Source: a virus
Taxonomy: Duplodnaviria > Heunggongvirae > Uroviricota > Caudoviricetes
Direction: 5' to 3' (one strand)
Length of the DNA stretch: 20,259 nt
Virus record (IMG/VR): IMGVR_UViG_2541047882_000008
Made by a program: the position numbers and the translations under genes. Positions 9,883 to 17,793 of the stretch are shown here, piece by piece. The notes beneath the pieces are model-generated. The model saw only the letters and a program-made list of their open reading frames with translations. It ran no database searches and had not been told where the DNA came from. Numbering within the stretch: the first letter of the stretch is position 1; the number at the start of each line of letters is the position of its first letter.

Positions 9883-10244
9883 CATTCATTCCCCATTTCG
9901 GTGATGGTCAGTTCCAGCCTCCCACCTTTGGTAACAGGCATCTTCACAACGCGGTAATCAACGACCTGAGCATCATCCAGCCAGAAACCTGCTTTGGTGA
10001 GTGCGTCAAAAGCGGCTTTTTGCAGATTATCCAGGTCACGGCGACGGCGATCCGGCATGTGGCACTCAATACGGATTTTCACTGGCATAGCCAGGCCGAT
10101 ATCCAGCATTGCGTTTTTAATGATTCGGGTGACGTTATCGCGGTATGCCTGCCCTTCTGCGCTGATGTGTGTGCGCCCGCGATTATGGCGGTAATAGCGA
10201 TTATTGCTCGGAGGCCAGGGTAATGTGATGCTGTAGGTATTCAC
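9882..10244 (-). CDS. rusA: Holliday junction resolvase RusA (120 aa)
   Basis: Translation [36 protein letters not shown]... is the RusA family signature. Confidence 0.85.
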   Translation of the reverse strand: MNTYSITLPWPPSNNRYYRHNRGRTHISAEGQAYRDNVTRIIKNAMLDIGLAMPVKIRIECHMPDRRRRDLDNLQKAAFDALTKAGFWLDDAQVVDYRVVKMPVTKGGRLELTITEMGNE

Positions 10245-10531
10245 GCCTTAATAACCCCCTCTTTCAGCCAGATAACCTGTGTTCTCGCCATACCTTCCAG
10301 CGCGCATTCTTTTGCATATGCAGCATCGACAAAATGTGTGCGGCGGTCGATTTCGTCGTGGCAGGCAGAACATGCAATGGTGGCAATCAGGTCTGGCGGT
10401 TTCGTACCGGTGCCGCACAATCCAGTCAGCCGGATATGTGCCAGTACAGACGTTTCAGGGTTGCCATTACATACGCCAGGGATTCTTACCTGGCATTCCC
10501 GACCACGCGCTGCTTTTCTCAAATCAGCCAT
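10241..10531 (-). CDS. ybcO: YbcO-like nin-region protein (96 aa from [10 protein letters not shown]; ORF track starts upstream)
   Basis: Cys/His-rich ~96-aa protein in the DLP12 ybcO position, ATGA overlap with rusA. Confidence 0.65.
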   Translation of the reverse strand: MADLRKAARGRECQVRIPGVCNGNPETSVLAHIRLTGLCGTGTKPPDLIATIACSACHDEIDRRTHFVDAAYAKECALEGMARTQVIWLKEGVIKA

Positions 10532-10694
10532 GACTCCTCCTTGCTGCCAGTCGCAACCATTTTTTATCAACCAGGCTGGCGGTATATCCGAGCAGTGTTG
10601 GTATTTCGGAAGGCTTCAGCTCCGGTTTACGCTTACGACGATTTGGTACTCTGTAGATGTGTCCGTTCATGACACGAATAAGCGGTGTAGCCAT
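10524..10694 (-). CDS. ninE: NinE-like small basic protein (56 aa)
   Basis: Manual translation [56 protein letters not shown]; overlaps ybcN stop and ybcO start as in nin operons. Confidence 0.5.
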   Translation of the reverse strand: MATPLIRVMNGHIYRVPNRRKRKPELKPSEIPTLLGYTASLVDKKWLRLAARRSHG

Positions 10695-11149
10695 TACGCC
10701 TCCTGTTTGTCGCGGAGCTGCTGGAACTCGCAGCTCTGCGGAATAGTCAGGTGGCAGCCAATATTCACCGCCCAGGCTTCAACCTTACACAGGAAGATAT
10801 ACATCTCTCCGGTATCAAGATCGGAGGTATGGCGTAACGACTGGATAGTAGTGATTTCGCCGGTTACGACATCAACCAGGTCCTTGGTTTCATAACCGAG
10901 GTATGTGTGTTTGAGAGCATCTTTTACCCATGCTGCGGTAGCGAACGATTTCCCCCTGCTGATGAGGTATTCACTGATTTCGCTGTACCACATGTGGCTG
11001 AGTGCATTCTGGGAAAGACTGCGTTTCTCACGCCACGGTTTAAGCACCATGCGAAAGCATTTTCCGTCCTCCAGATAAGGCTGGATCTGCTGGCCGATAG
11101 CGGTGAAGTTACCGCGATGCAGTTTGATGCCATCTTGTGGTAGGTTCAC
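10694..11149 (-). CDS. ybcN: YbcN-like nin-region protein (151 aa)
   Basis: 151-aa ORF recalled as DLP12 YbcN, first gene of the nin-like block. Confidence 0.65.
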   Translation of the reverse strand: MNLPQDGIKLHRGNFTAIGQQIQPYLEDGKCFRMVLKPWREKRSLSQNALSHMWYSEISEYLISRGKSFATAAWVKDALKHTYLGYETKDLVDVVTGEITTIQSLRHTSDLDTGEMYIFLCKVEAWAVNIGCHLTIPQSCEFQQLRDKQEA

Positions 11150-11339
11150 GCTTCACCTCCGCAGAGGTCAGACGCTGGATGCAAAAAATCGCAGGTGCAT
11201 TTCTGCATCTGTGAAGGGAGAAGAGAGTTTGGATTGTATGTGCGCATAAACGTCCCCGTTTAGCGCAGAAGTCACCGGAGTTGTTCAAGCTCCGATGACT
11301 TTATTATTACGAATTGATTTTACAAAATCAAAAGGTATG

Positions 11340-11792
11340 TTAGTGACGTGGGTCTGTTATTATGCGAGAAGGGTTTCCGTATAAAACAAGGACCTTACTT
11401 CCTTGAGTAAATAACGGATCTTTGCCTTGAACAATGGTCATTAAATTCCCATTCTCAGTTTCGACAACATATTCCATGCCTGTTTGTTTTGTTGCTGAAG
11501 ATTCGATTGCTGCCCCGGCAATACCACCAATGACTGCACCACCAACGGCACCAACGATATTAGAACGAACTCCCCCACCAAGCGCAGAACCAGCGGTTGC
11601 CCCCACGGCAGCCCCAGCAGTCCCGCCTAACGCGGAAGTCCCACTGATATCAACCCCCCTAGCACTAATAACTGTACCAGCGATAGTTCGATTAACCATG
11701 CCCACAGAGCCAACAGAATAACTATTTGGCGATATATTTTGTGCGCATCCAACCAACACTAAGAGTGGAGCAATTACGAATAATCGCTTCAT
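11340..11792 (-). CDS. SlyB/PCP-family outer-membrane lipoprotein paralogue (glycine-zipper domain plus C-terminal beta domain), prophage cargo
   Basis: Signal peptide with lipobox LVGC; Gly/Ala zipper GTSALGGTAGAAVGATAGSALGGGV...GAVGGAVIGGIAGAAI; C-terminal region aligns by eye with SlyB (GMEYVVETENGNLMTIVQGKDPLFTQGSKVLVLYGNPSRI). Confidence 0.7.
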   Translation of the reverse strand: MKRLFVIAPLLVLVGCAQNISPNSYSVGSVGMVNRTIAGTVISARGVDISGTSALGGTAGAAVGATAGSALGGGVRSNIVGAVGGAVIGGIAGAAIESSATKQTGMEYVVETENGNLMTIVQGKDPLFTQGSKVLVLYGNPSRIITDPRH

Positions 11793-12349
11793 TTAGCTAC
11801 CCTAACAGGAAACATTGGACGAGAAAGATCAACACTTTCTAATGCTTGCAAGAACTGCGTTATGTTGTTTTGCACCGCGCGATTAACAGATTCGCGTGCT
11901 CGAACAATACCGTAGAATGCGTAACTGGCTGGAACAGTACCGGTAGACTCAATATCCTGCGTATATATAATATCACCATTCGCACGGTTGATTATTTCAT
12001 ACCTTGCAATTGCTTTAGTTGTCATTGAAACACCAAAAGCAGGAACGTCAAGAGCCAACACTTTAACATTTAAGCTAACCGTATTTGGTGAACTATCACG
12101 AAAAATAGTCATTCGGTCGAGTGCTTCCTGCAAAGATTCACGCCAAATTGGAGTTATAGCCTCCATACCAGCAGTGATATCCCCTTTCTGCTCATCTGGA
12201 CGAGCAAGTGATACCGTTAATGACTTAATTTCAGCATCTATTTTTTTCTGGCTAACTCCCACGTTAGGTGTTGAAAAATTCAATGGTGGCACACTAGCGC
12301 AACCTGTTAAAGAACCAATAATCATGGCTAATAATATTATCTTCTTCAT
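11789..12349 (-). CDS. Lipoprotein of unknown function (186 aa), translationally coupled (ATGA overlap) to the downstream SlyB-like gene
   Basis: Signal peptide MKKIILLAMIIGSLTGC with lipobox; AT-rich codon usage; 4-nt overlap with the next gene. Confidence 0.6.
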   Translation of the reverse strand: MKKIILLAMIIGSLTGCASVPPLNFSTPNVGVSQKKIDAEIKSLTVSLARPDEQKGDITAGMEAITPIWRESLQEALDRMTIFRDSSPNTVSLNVKVLALDVPAFGVSMTTKAIARYEIINRANGDIIYTQDIESTGTVPASYAFYGIVRARESVNRAVQNNITQFLQALESVDLSRPMFPVRVAK

Positions 12350-12605
12350 AAATTTACCTTATTGTTATAACCAAAGGAATTATAAAGTAAAAAAGTTCAC
12401 TATCACTAGCCATTAACGACATCAATTTCAGAGAAACATGGTACTCATTTCCACAAATTTGACACAAGTCATTTTCACCTACATATTCCATCATACTTGA
12501 TGCATATGTTATTGAAGCCTCTATCCTATCCGTTCATAATAGCAATAGTTACCCGGGTGATAGTACCTCTATGATTACTCGTCTTTCTGATTGATTGGAT
12601 TAAAT

Positions 12606-12797
12606 ATGCGCGCCAAAATTTATCAACTTTCGTTATGGATATTTATTTCGTTTCTAGCGATCTATGCCTTTATTATCTATAAAGGTTCTTATATTGGAGT
12701 AGCATTGCATCAAATTGCTTGGATCATCATTATTGCCTCTGGCTTGATTGCTAGGCTAACTAAACCAAAGCAAAAACCAATTTCGTCCAATAATTAG
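12606..12797 (+). CDS. Putative small membrane protein with two predicted TM helices (63 aa from the ATG; ORF track starts at a TTG at 12591)
   Basis: Two hydrophobic stretches (LSLWIFISFLAIYAFIIY, IAWIIIIASGLIA); AT-rich; weak ribosome-binding site, so coding status uncertain. Confidence 0.3.
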   Translation: MRAKIYQLSLWIFISFLAIYAFIIYKGSYIGVALHQIAWIIIIASGLIARLTKPKQKPISSNN

Positions 12798-12956
12798 ACA
12801 TGTATTAAAAAAATGATATTTTTATGTACATAGTCTATTGAAAATTGCCGCGATAAAATGCCAACACCCGCTTCATCGCGGCACTCTGGCGACACTCCTT
12901 GAAAATCAGATTCGTGCTCACCTTTCCTTCCCGTTCTTCCCTGGTAGCGAACCGGT

Positions 12957-13403
12957 AATCATCCGATCTGCGTTACCGAGTGGATGGATGAATGCCGCCG
13001 CGAACCATTCAAAACCCGCGAAGGCAGAGAAATTACGGGGCCGTGGCAGTCGCATCCCAAACGGATGTTACGGCATAAAGCCATGATTCAGTGTGCCCGT
13101 CTGGCCTTCGGATTTGCTGGTATCTATGACAAGGATGAAGCCGAGCGCATTGTCGAAAATACCGCATACACCGCAGAACGTCAGCCGGAACGCGACATTA
13201 CTCCGGTTAACGATGAAACCATGCAGGAGATTAACACTCTGCTGATTGCCCTGGACAAAACATGGGATGACGACTTATTGCCGCTCTGTTCCCAGATATT
13301 TCGCCGCGACATTCGCGCATCGTCAGAACTGACACAGGCCGAAGCAGTGAAAGCTCTTGGATTCCTGAAACAGAAAGCCACTGAGCAGAAGGTGGCAGCA
13401 TGA
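12957..13403 (+). pseudogene. bet: 5'-truncated bet (lambda Red-beta recombinase), only about the C-terminal 148 codons present
   Basis: Translation ...NHPICVTEWMDECRREPFKTREGREITGPWQSHPKRMLRHKAMIQCARLAFGF...[11 protein letters not shown] matches the lambda Bet C-terminus; upstream sequence unrelated and no in-frame start for the N-terminal domain. Confidence 0.8.
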
Positions 13404-14080
13404 CACCGGACATTATCCTGCAGCGTACCGGGATCGACGTGAGAGCTGTCGAACAGGGGGATGATGCATGGCACAAATTACGGCTCGGCGTCATCACCGC
13501 TTCAGAAGTTCACAACGTGATAGCCAAGCCCCGCTCAGGAAAGAAGTGGCCTGACATGAAAATGTCCTACTTCCACACCCTGCTGGCTGAGGTTTGCACC
13601 GGTGTGGCTCCGGAAGTTAATGCTAAGGCGCTGGCATGGGGAAAACAGTACGAGAACGACGCCAGAACCCTGTTTGAATTCACTTCCGGCGTGAATGTTA
13701 CTGAATCCCCGATCATCTATCGCGACGAAAGTATGCGCACCGCCTGCTCTCCCGATGGTTTATGCAGTGACGGCAATGGCCTTGAGCTGAAATGCCCGTT
13801 TACCTCCCGGGATTTCATGAAGTTCCGGCTCGGTGGTTTCGAGGCCATAAAGTCGGCTTACATGGCCCAGGTGCAGTACAGCATGTGGGTGACACGAAAA
13901 GATGCCTGGTACTTTGCCAACTATGACCCGCGTATGAAGCGTGAAGGACTGCATTATGTCGTGGTTGAGCGGGATGAAAAGTACATGGCGAGTTTTGACG
14001 AGATGGTGCCGGTGTTCATCGAAAAAATGGACGAGGCACTGGCTGAAATTGGTTTTGTATTTGGGGAGCAATGGCGATGA
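13400..14080 (+). CDS. exo: Lambda exonuclease Exo (Red-alpha, 226 aa)
   Basis: Translation [54 protein letters not shown]... essentially lambda Exo; ATGA overlap with bet. Confidence 0.9.
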   Translation: MTPDIILQRTGIDVRAVEQGDDAWHKLRLGVITASEVHNVIAKPRSGKKWPDMKMSYFHTLLAEVCTGVAPEVNAKALAWGKQYENDARTLFEFTSGVNVTESPIIYRDESMRTACSPDGLCSDGNGLELKCPFTSRDFMKFRLGGFEAIKSAYMAQVQYSMWVTRKDAWYFANYDPRMKREGLHYVVVERDEKYMASFDEMVPVFIEKMDEALAEIGFVFGEQWR

Positions 14081-14259
14081 CGCATCCTCACGATAATATC
14101 CGGGTAGGCGCAATCACTTTCGTCTACTCCGTTACAAAGCGAGGCTGGGTATTTCCCGGCCTTTCTGTTATCCGAAATCCACTGAAAGCACAGCGGCTGG
14201 CTGAGGAGATAAATAATAAACGAGGGGCTGTATGCACAAAGCATCTCCTGTTGAGTTAA
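14077..14259 (+). CDS. Lambda orf60a-like protein (60 aa)
   Basis: 60-aa ORF immediately after exo, overlapping orf63 by 28 nt as in lambda. Confidence 0.6.
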   Translation: MTHPHDNIRVGAITFVYSVTKRGWVFPGLSVIRNPLKAQRLAEEINNKRGAVCTKHLLLS

Positions 14260-14423
14260 GAACGAGTATTGAGATGGCACATAGCCTTGCTCAAATTGGA
14301 ATCAGGTTTGTGCCAATACCAGTAGAAACAGACGAAGAATTTCATACGTTAGCCACATCCCTTTCACAAAAACTGGAAATGATGGTGGCGAAAGCAGAAG
14401 CAGATGAGAGAGACCAGGTATGA
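14232..14423 (+). CDS. Lambda orf63-like protein (63 aa)
   Basis: 63-aa [66 protein letters not shown] in the lambda orf63 position. Confidence 0.6.
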   Translation: MHKASPVELRTSIEMAHSLAQIGIRFVPIPVETDEEFHTLATSLSQKLEMMVAKAEADERDQV

Positions 14424-14499
14424 CAACCACTGAATGCATTTTTCTGGCAGCGGGCTTCATATTCTGTGTGCTTATGCTTGCCGACATGGGGCTTGTTCA

Positions 14500-14715
14500 G
14501 TGACACCTCAGCAGGAAAACGCCCTTCGCAGCATTGCCCGTCAGGCTAATTCTGAAATCAAAAAAGCCAGACAGCAGTTTCCGGATAAAAACGTCGATGA
14601 CATTTGCCGTAGCGTACTGAAGAAGCACCGCGAAACGGTAACGCTGATGGGATTCACACCGACTCATTTAAGTCTAGCAATCGGCATGTTAAACGGCGTT
14701 TTTAAGGAACGGTGA
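14500..14715 (+). CDS. Hypothetical early-left-operon protein (71 aa from in-frame GTG; start uncertain)
   Basis: Open frame in the lambda orf61 region; GTG overlaps the stop of a 27-codon hydrophobic mini-ORF (14420-14503). Confidence 0.35.
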   Translation: MTPQQENALRSIARQANSEIKKARQQFPDKNVDDICRSVLKKHRETVTLMGFTPTHLSLAIGMLNGVFKER

Positions 14716-14813
14716 ACATGAAAAGCAAAATCATCAGGGAGCTACAGGCTCCTTTTTTATTATTCGCATTCACCCTCAAGCGTATTAACCAACAATTCAG
14801 GGATTAATGAAAG

Positions 14814-15035
14814 ATGGCAGACATCATTGATTCAGCATCAGAAATTGAAGAATTACAGCGCAACACAGCAATAAAAATGCGCCGCCTGAACCACCAGGCT
14901 ATATCTGCCACTCATTGTTGTGAGTGTGGCGATCCGATAGATGAACGAAGACGCCTGGCCGTTCAGGGTTGTCGGACTTGTGCAAGTTGCCAGGAGGATC
15001 TGGAACTTATCAGTAAACAGAGAGGTTCGAAGTGA
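14814..15035 (+). CDS. TraR/DksA-type C4 zinc-finger protein (lambda Orf73-like, 73 aa)
   Basis: Motif CCECGDPIDERRRLAVQGCRTCASCQ, typical of phage TraR-like RNA polymerase-binding proteins. Confidence 0.7.
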   Translation: MADIIDSASEIEELQRNTAIKMRRLNHQAISATHCCECGDPIDERRRLAVQGCRTCASCQEDLELISKQRGSK

Positions 15036-15283
15036 GCGTAATTCACTCTCAGGCACTGCGTGAAGCGGCAGAGCAGGCAATGCATGACAACTGGGGATTT
15101 GACGCGGACCTTTTCCATGAGCTGGTAACACCATCGATTGTGCTGACACTGCTGGATGAACGGGAAAGAAACCAGCAGTACATCAAACGCCGCGACCAGG
15201 AGAACGAGGATATTGCGCTAACGGTGAGGAAACTGCGTGTTGAGCTGGAGACAGCAAAAATCAAAACTCAACGAGCAGCGTGA
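15032..15283 (+). CDS. ea22: Ea22-like protein, N-terminal 83 codons ending at an in-frame TGA; the same frame stays open for 53 further codons to a TAG at 15443-15445
   Basis: N-terminus resembles my recollection of lambda Ea22 (QALREAAEQAMHD..WGFDADLFHELVTPSIVL); Ea22-like sequence (EGVISDGSKRIA) continues in frame after the TGA. Confidence 0.5.
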   Translation: MSVIHSQALREAAEQAMHDNWGFDADLFHELVTPSIVLTLLDERERNQQYIKRRDQENEDIALTVRKLRVELETAKIKTQRAA

Positions 15284-15581
15284 GTAGAAGGTGTTATCTC
15301 GGATGGAAGTAAGCGTATTGCTGAACTGGAGGCCTGGGTTGAATACACAAGAGCTGCATACGTAAGAGCAAAAGACAAGGGAGATTTGATCAGAGTTATT
15401 ACCCGACAACCAACGGGATTTTACGCTTACGTACCATGTAATTAGGAATCCTTGAAGTGGCAGCCTAACTGCGGATACACTGAAATGGCGATTTGGTAAC
15501 ATGTTTCGCACAAGGCTGTTACTACGCTTAAAGATAATCAGCCATGATTAAACGCTTTGTAAAAAGTAAAAGGAAATTACA

Positions 15582-16196
15582 ATGAAAAAATCAATACTAA
15601 TTTTAGGGCTTACGTTAATTGTCTCATCTCAAATACCATCGGCAATGGCAAAAAATGAATCAAGACTTTGGGTTGTTGTTGATCGAACGGAAAGACATAC
15701 CTGCCCTTCAAGTAAATGTGGAGTGGCTGGGAAACTATTTTTCAGGGAAGGCGTAGATTTTCTAGAAAAAAAAGGTGAATGGGTTCGTATAACTGAGCCA
15801 TATTCAGCCTCATGTGTGGGAGGGGAAAGCGAATATATTAAAGAAGGTAATAAATCCTGCACAAGAAAAAACGGAATCGTCAATGGCAAGTTTTCAGAAT
15901 GGGTTAAACTTAGTGATCTTAGCAGTGAAAGGCCATCAGATCCTGCTGAAAATGCGAGCGGAGATGATACTTTAATCAAAGGATCTGATGACTACCGTAT
16001 ATACAAAAAAGAGTTTTCTTCGGCAGCTAGGAAGTTAATAAACGAAGGGGTCTGCACGGAAAGCGACTTTAAGGAAATCGGAGGGTGGATGGCATCAAGC
16101 AATAAGGGGAAAAACATCTATTTCACATATTGCGGAGGAATGACGTTGTCGAACAGAATATACCTAGACGTTAAAAGTGGAAAGACTTTTAGATAA
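15582..16196 (+). CDS. Secreted cysteine-containing protein of unknown function (204 aa), AT-rich moron
   Basis: N-terminal signal peptide MKKSILILGLTLIVSSQIPSAMA; six Cys in the mature part; marked drop in GC content; followed by a terminator. Confidence 0.6.
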   Translation: MKKSILILGLTLIVSSQIPSAMAKNESRLWVVVDRTERHTCPSSKCGVAGKLFFREGVDFLEKKGEWVRITEPYSASCVGGESEYIKEGNKSCTRKNGIVNGKFSEWVKLSDLSSERPSDPAENASGDDTLIKGSDDYRIYKKEFSSAARKLINEGVCTESDFKEIGGWMASSNKGKNIYFTYCGGMTLSNRIYLDVKSGKTFR

Positions 16197-16267
16197 TATG
16201 ATATTACCAATGACAGTATTAATTTAATGCCTCCATAGAATTATCTCTAGGAAGTATGTATAAGAAA

Positions 16268-16302
16268 AGCCCGCACAATGAGCTGCTGCGGGCTTTGTGT
16301 TA
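16268..16302 (+). terminator. Rho-independent terminator after the secreted-protein gene (stem AGCCCGCA/TGCGGGCT then TTTGTGTT)
   Basis: GC-rich inverted repeat followed by a T-rich tract. Confidence 0.5.
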
Positions 16303-16489
16303 TTCGCCATATTTTATGAAGCAAATACGACACTATAGATAATTAAGCGTTGCTGGTTGTCGATTCCTCACTCACTCCTGTTGATGGCTCTCTTCTTGTA
16401 TGTGCCATTGAAGGGTAATATCGAGTAAAAAGATACCGGAAGTATCCGCGCCGCCATGATTGTCTTTCTCCTAATGCAGGAAAAGCAGA

Positions 16490-16609
16490 ATGGCTAAATC
16501 ATCAGCAGAGCGCAAAGTCGATCAGAGAGCCAAGCAAGCATCATCCGGTATGCGTAAGCTGGAGCTTGTACTTGATGCTCAGGAAATTGAAATGCTGGAT
16601 CGTAACTGA
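16490..16609 (+). CDS. Small ORF (39 aa) with a good ribosome-binding site, ending at TGA; same frame stays open 72 more codons (to 16826) and encodes a zinc-ribbon-like motif
   Basis: AGGAAA 6 nt before ATG; downstream in-frame segment contains C-x2-C-x9-C-x-C (RCGKCGERVPVNSCPCNG) but no ATG (an in-frame GTG exists). Confidence 0.35.
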   Translation: MAKSSAERKVDQRAKQASSGMRKLELVLDAQEIEMLDRN

Positions 16610-16856
16610 GCCACGCGCCGCTTCAGGCATGCGCCTTACGAGTTTGGTGAGTACATCGCGTTACTGAGCCGCCAGGATGATGCACGTGTGCGCTGGCGTA
16701 TAAAATCGATCAGCAGAAAACGTTGCGGTAAGTGCGGCGAGAGAGTTCCTGTTAATTCATGCCCGTGTAATGGTGACTCACAATGCTGGGTGACCAAAGG
16801 CTGGCACGAAACAAAATTAATGATATAAATCTCTGTGACATGTCACGGAGGCGGCA

Positions 16857-17285
16857 ATGAAATTAGACCAGCAATATCTAAAAGATCTACTTATCGCATT
16901 CGAAAAAACTCATGGCCCTGACACGATGCTTAGTGAACTAGAGGATAATGGCTTTAATAGATATGACCAAAATTTTATTTTCCATATGCGATTATTATGC
17001 GACTACGAATTAATAGTCAGGGTTGATGGAAAACCTGGGTTCGGTCATATAATGTCCAACGAGTTAGGGGAAGGTGTTGGATATAGTTGGATCGAAGTAC
17101 CACTGAGGTTGACAGCAAGAGGGCATGATTTTATTGCTGACTTGCGTCAAAAGGAGGTCTGGCAAACTATAAAAACAAACTTTAAGGATGAGGGAATTAG
17201 TACACTAATAAGTGTTTCAAAATCACTAGCAAAAGGCTTTGCAAGGAAAAAGATAAAAGATATTACAGGAATAGATATTGAATAA
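16857..17285 (+). CDS. Hypothetical protein (142 aa), AT-rich, occupying the slot of lambda ea8.5
   Basis: Clean ORF with ribosome-binding site GGAGG upstream, low GC, followed by a terminator. Confidence 0.55.
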   Translation: MKLDQQYLKDLLIAFEKTHGPDTMLSELEDNGFNRYDQNFIFHMRLLCDYELIVRVDGKPGFGHIMSNELGEGVGYSWIEVPLRLTARGHDFIADLRQKEVWQTIKTNFKDEGISTLISVSKSLAKGFARKKIKDITGIDIE

Positions 17286-17329
17286 TTCTTAGCATCAGCA
17301 ACTACTGCCTTTGGTGGAAATTATATCTG

Positions 17330-17354
17330 AACTCGCTACGGCGAGTTTTGTTTT
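17330..17354 (+). terminator. Rho-independent terminator (AACTCGC-TACG-GCGAGTT then TTTTGTTTT)
   Basis: 7-bp stem, 4-nt loop, T-rich tail directly after the 142-aa gene. Confidence 0.6.
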
Positions 17355-17367
17355 ATGGAGATGATAA

Positions 17368-17535
17368 ATGCACTTCCGAGTCACAGGTGAATGGAATGGA
17401 GAACCATTCAACAGAGTTATCGAAGCAGAGAACATCAATGACTGCTATGACCACTGGATGATATGGGCGCAGATAGCACATGCAGACATAACCAATATTC
17501 GAATTGAAGAACTGAAAGAACACCAAGCCGCCTGA
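17368..17535 (+). CDS. Lambda orf55-like small protein (55 aa)
   Basis: Manual translation MHFRVTGEWNGEPFNRVIEAENINDCYDHWMIWAQIAHADITNIRIEELKEHQAA; size and position (just upstream of xis) as lambda orf55. Confidence 0.5.
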   Translation: MHFRVTGEWNGEPFNRVIEAENINDCYDHWMIWAQIAHADITNIRIEELKEHQAA

Positions 17536-17548
17536 TGGCGGTTTTTTC
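17527..17548 (+). terminator. Candidate rho-independent terminator between orf55 and xis (CCGCC-TGAT-GGCGG then TTTTTTC)
   Basis: Short GC stem with a 6-T run; the orf55 stop codon lies in the loop. Confidence 0.45.
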
Positions 17549-17574
17549 TTGCGTGTAATTGCGGAGACTTTGCG

Positions 17575-17793
17575 ATGTACTTGACACTTCAGGAGTGGAA
17601 CGCTCGCCAGCGACGCCCAAGAAGCCTTGAAACAGTTCGTCGATGGGTGCGCGAATGCAGGATATTCCCTCCTCCGGTTAAGGATGGAAGAGAATATCTG
17701 TTCCACGAATCAGCGGTAAAGGTTGACTTAAATCGACCAGTAACAGGTAGCCTTTTGAAGAGGATCAGAAATGGGAAGAAGGCGAAGTCATGA
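17575..17793 (+). CDS. xis: Excisionase Xis (72 aa), lambda type
   Basis: Translation MYLTLQEWNARQRRPRSLETVRRWVRECRIFPPPVKDGREYLFHESAVKVDLNRP... matches lambda Xis; overlaps int start. Confidence 0.9.
   Translation: MYLTLQEWNARQRRPRSLETVRRWVRECRIFPPPVKDGREYLFHESAVKVDLNRPVTGSLLKRIRNGKKAKS

Noticed and set aside
10338-10895. 185-aa + strand ORF across ybcO/ninE/ybcN
   Set aside because: Antisense to three tightly overlapping nin-region genes with good homology and coupling signals; most likely a shadow ORF.
16607-16609. Selenocysteine recoding at the in-frame TGA codons (here and at 15281-15283)
   Set aside because: No stem-loop resembling a bacterial SECIS element immediately downstream of either TGA, and neither protein context suggests a selenoprotein. 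Pseudogene or leaky stop is more parsimonious.
17353-17706. 117-aa - strand ORF overlapping orf55 and xis
   Set aside because: Antisense to lambda-type xis and orf55, which are strongly supported.
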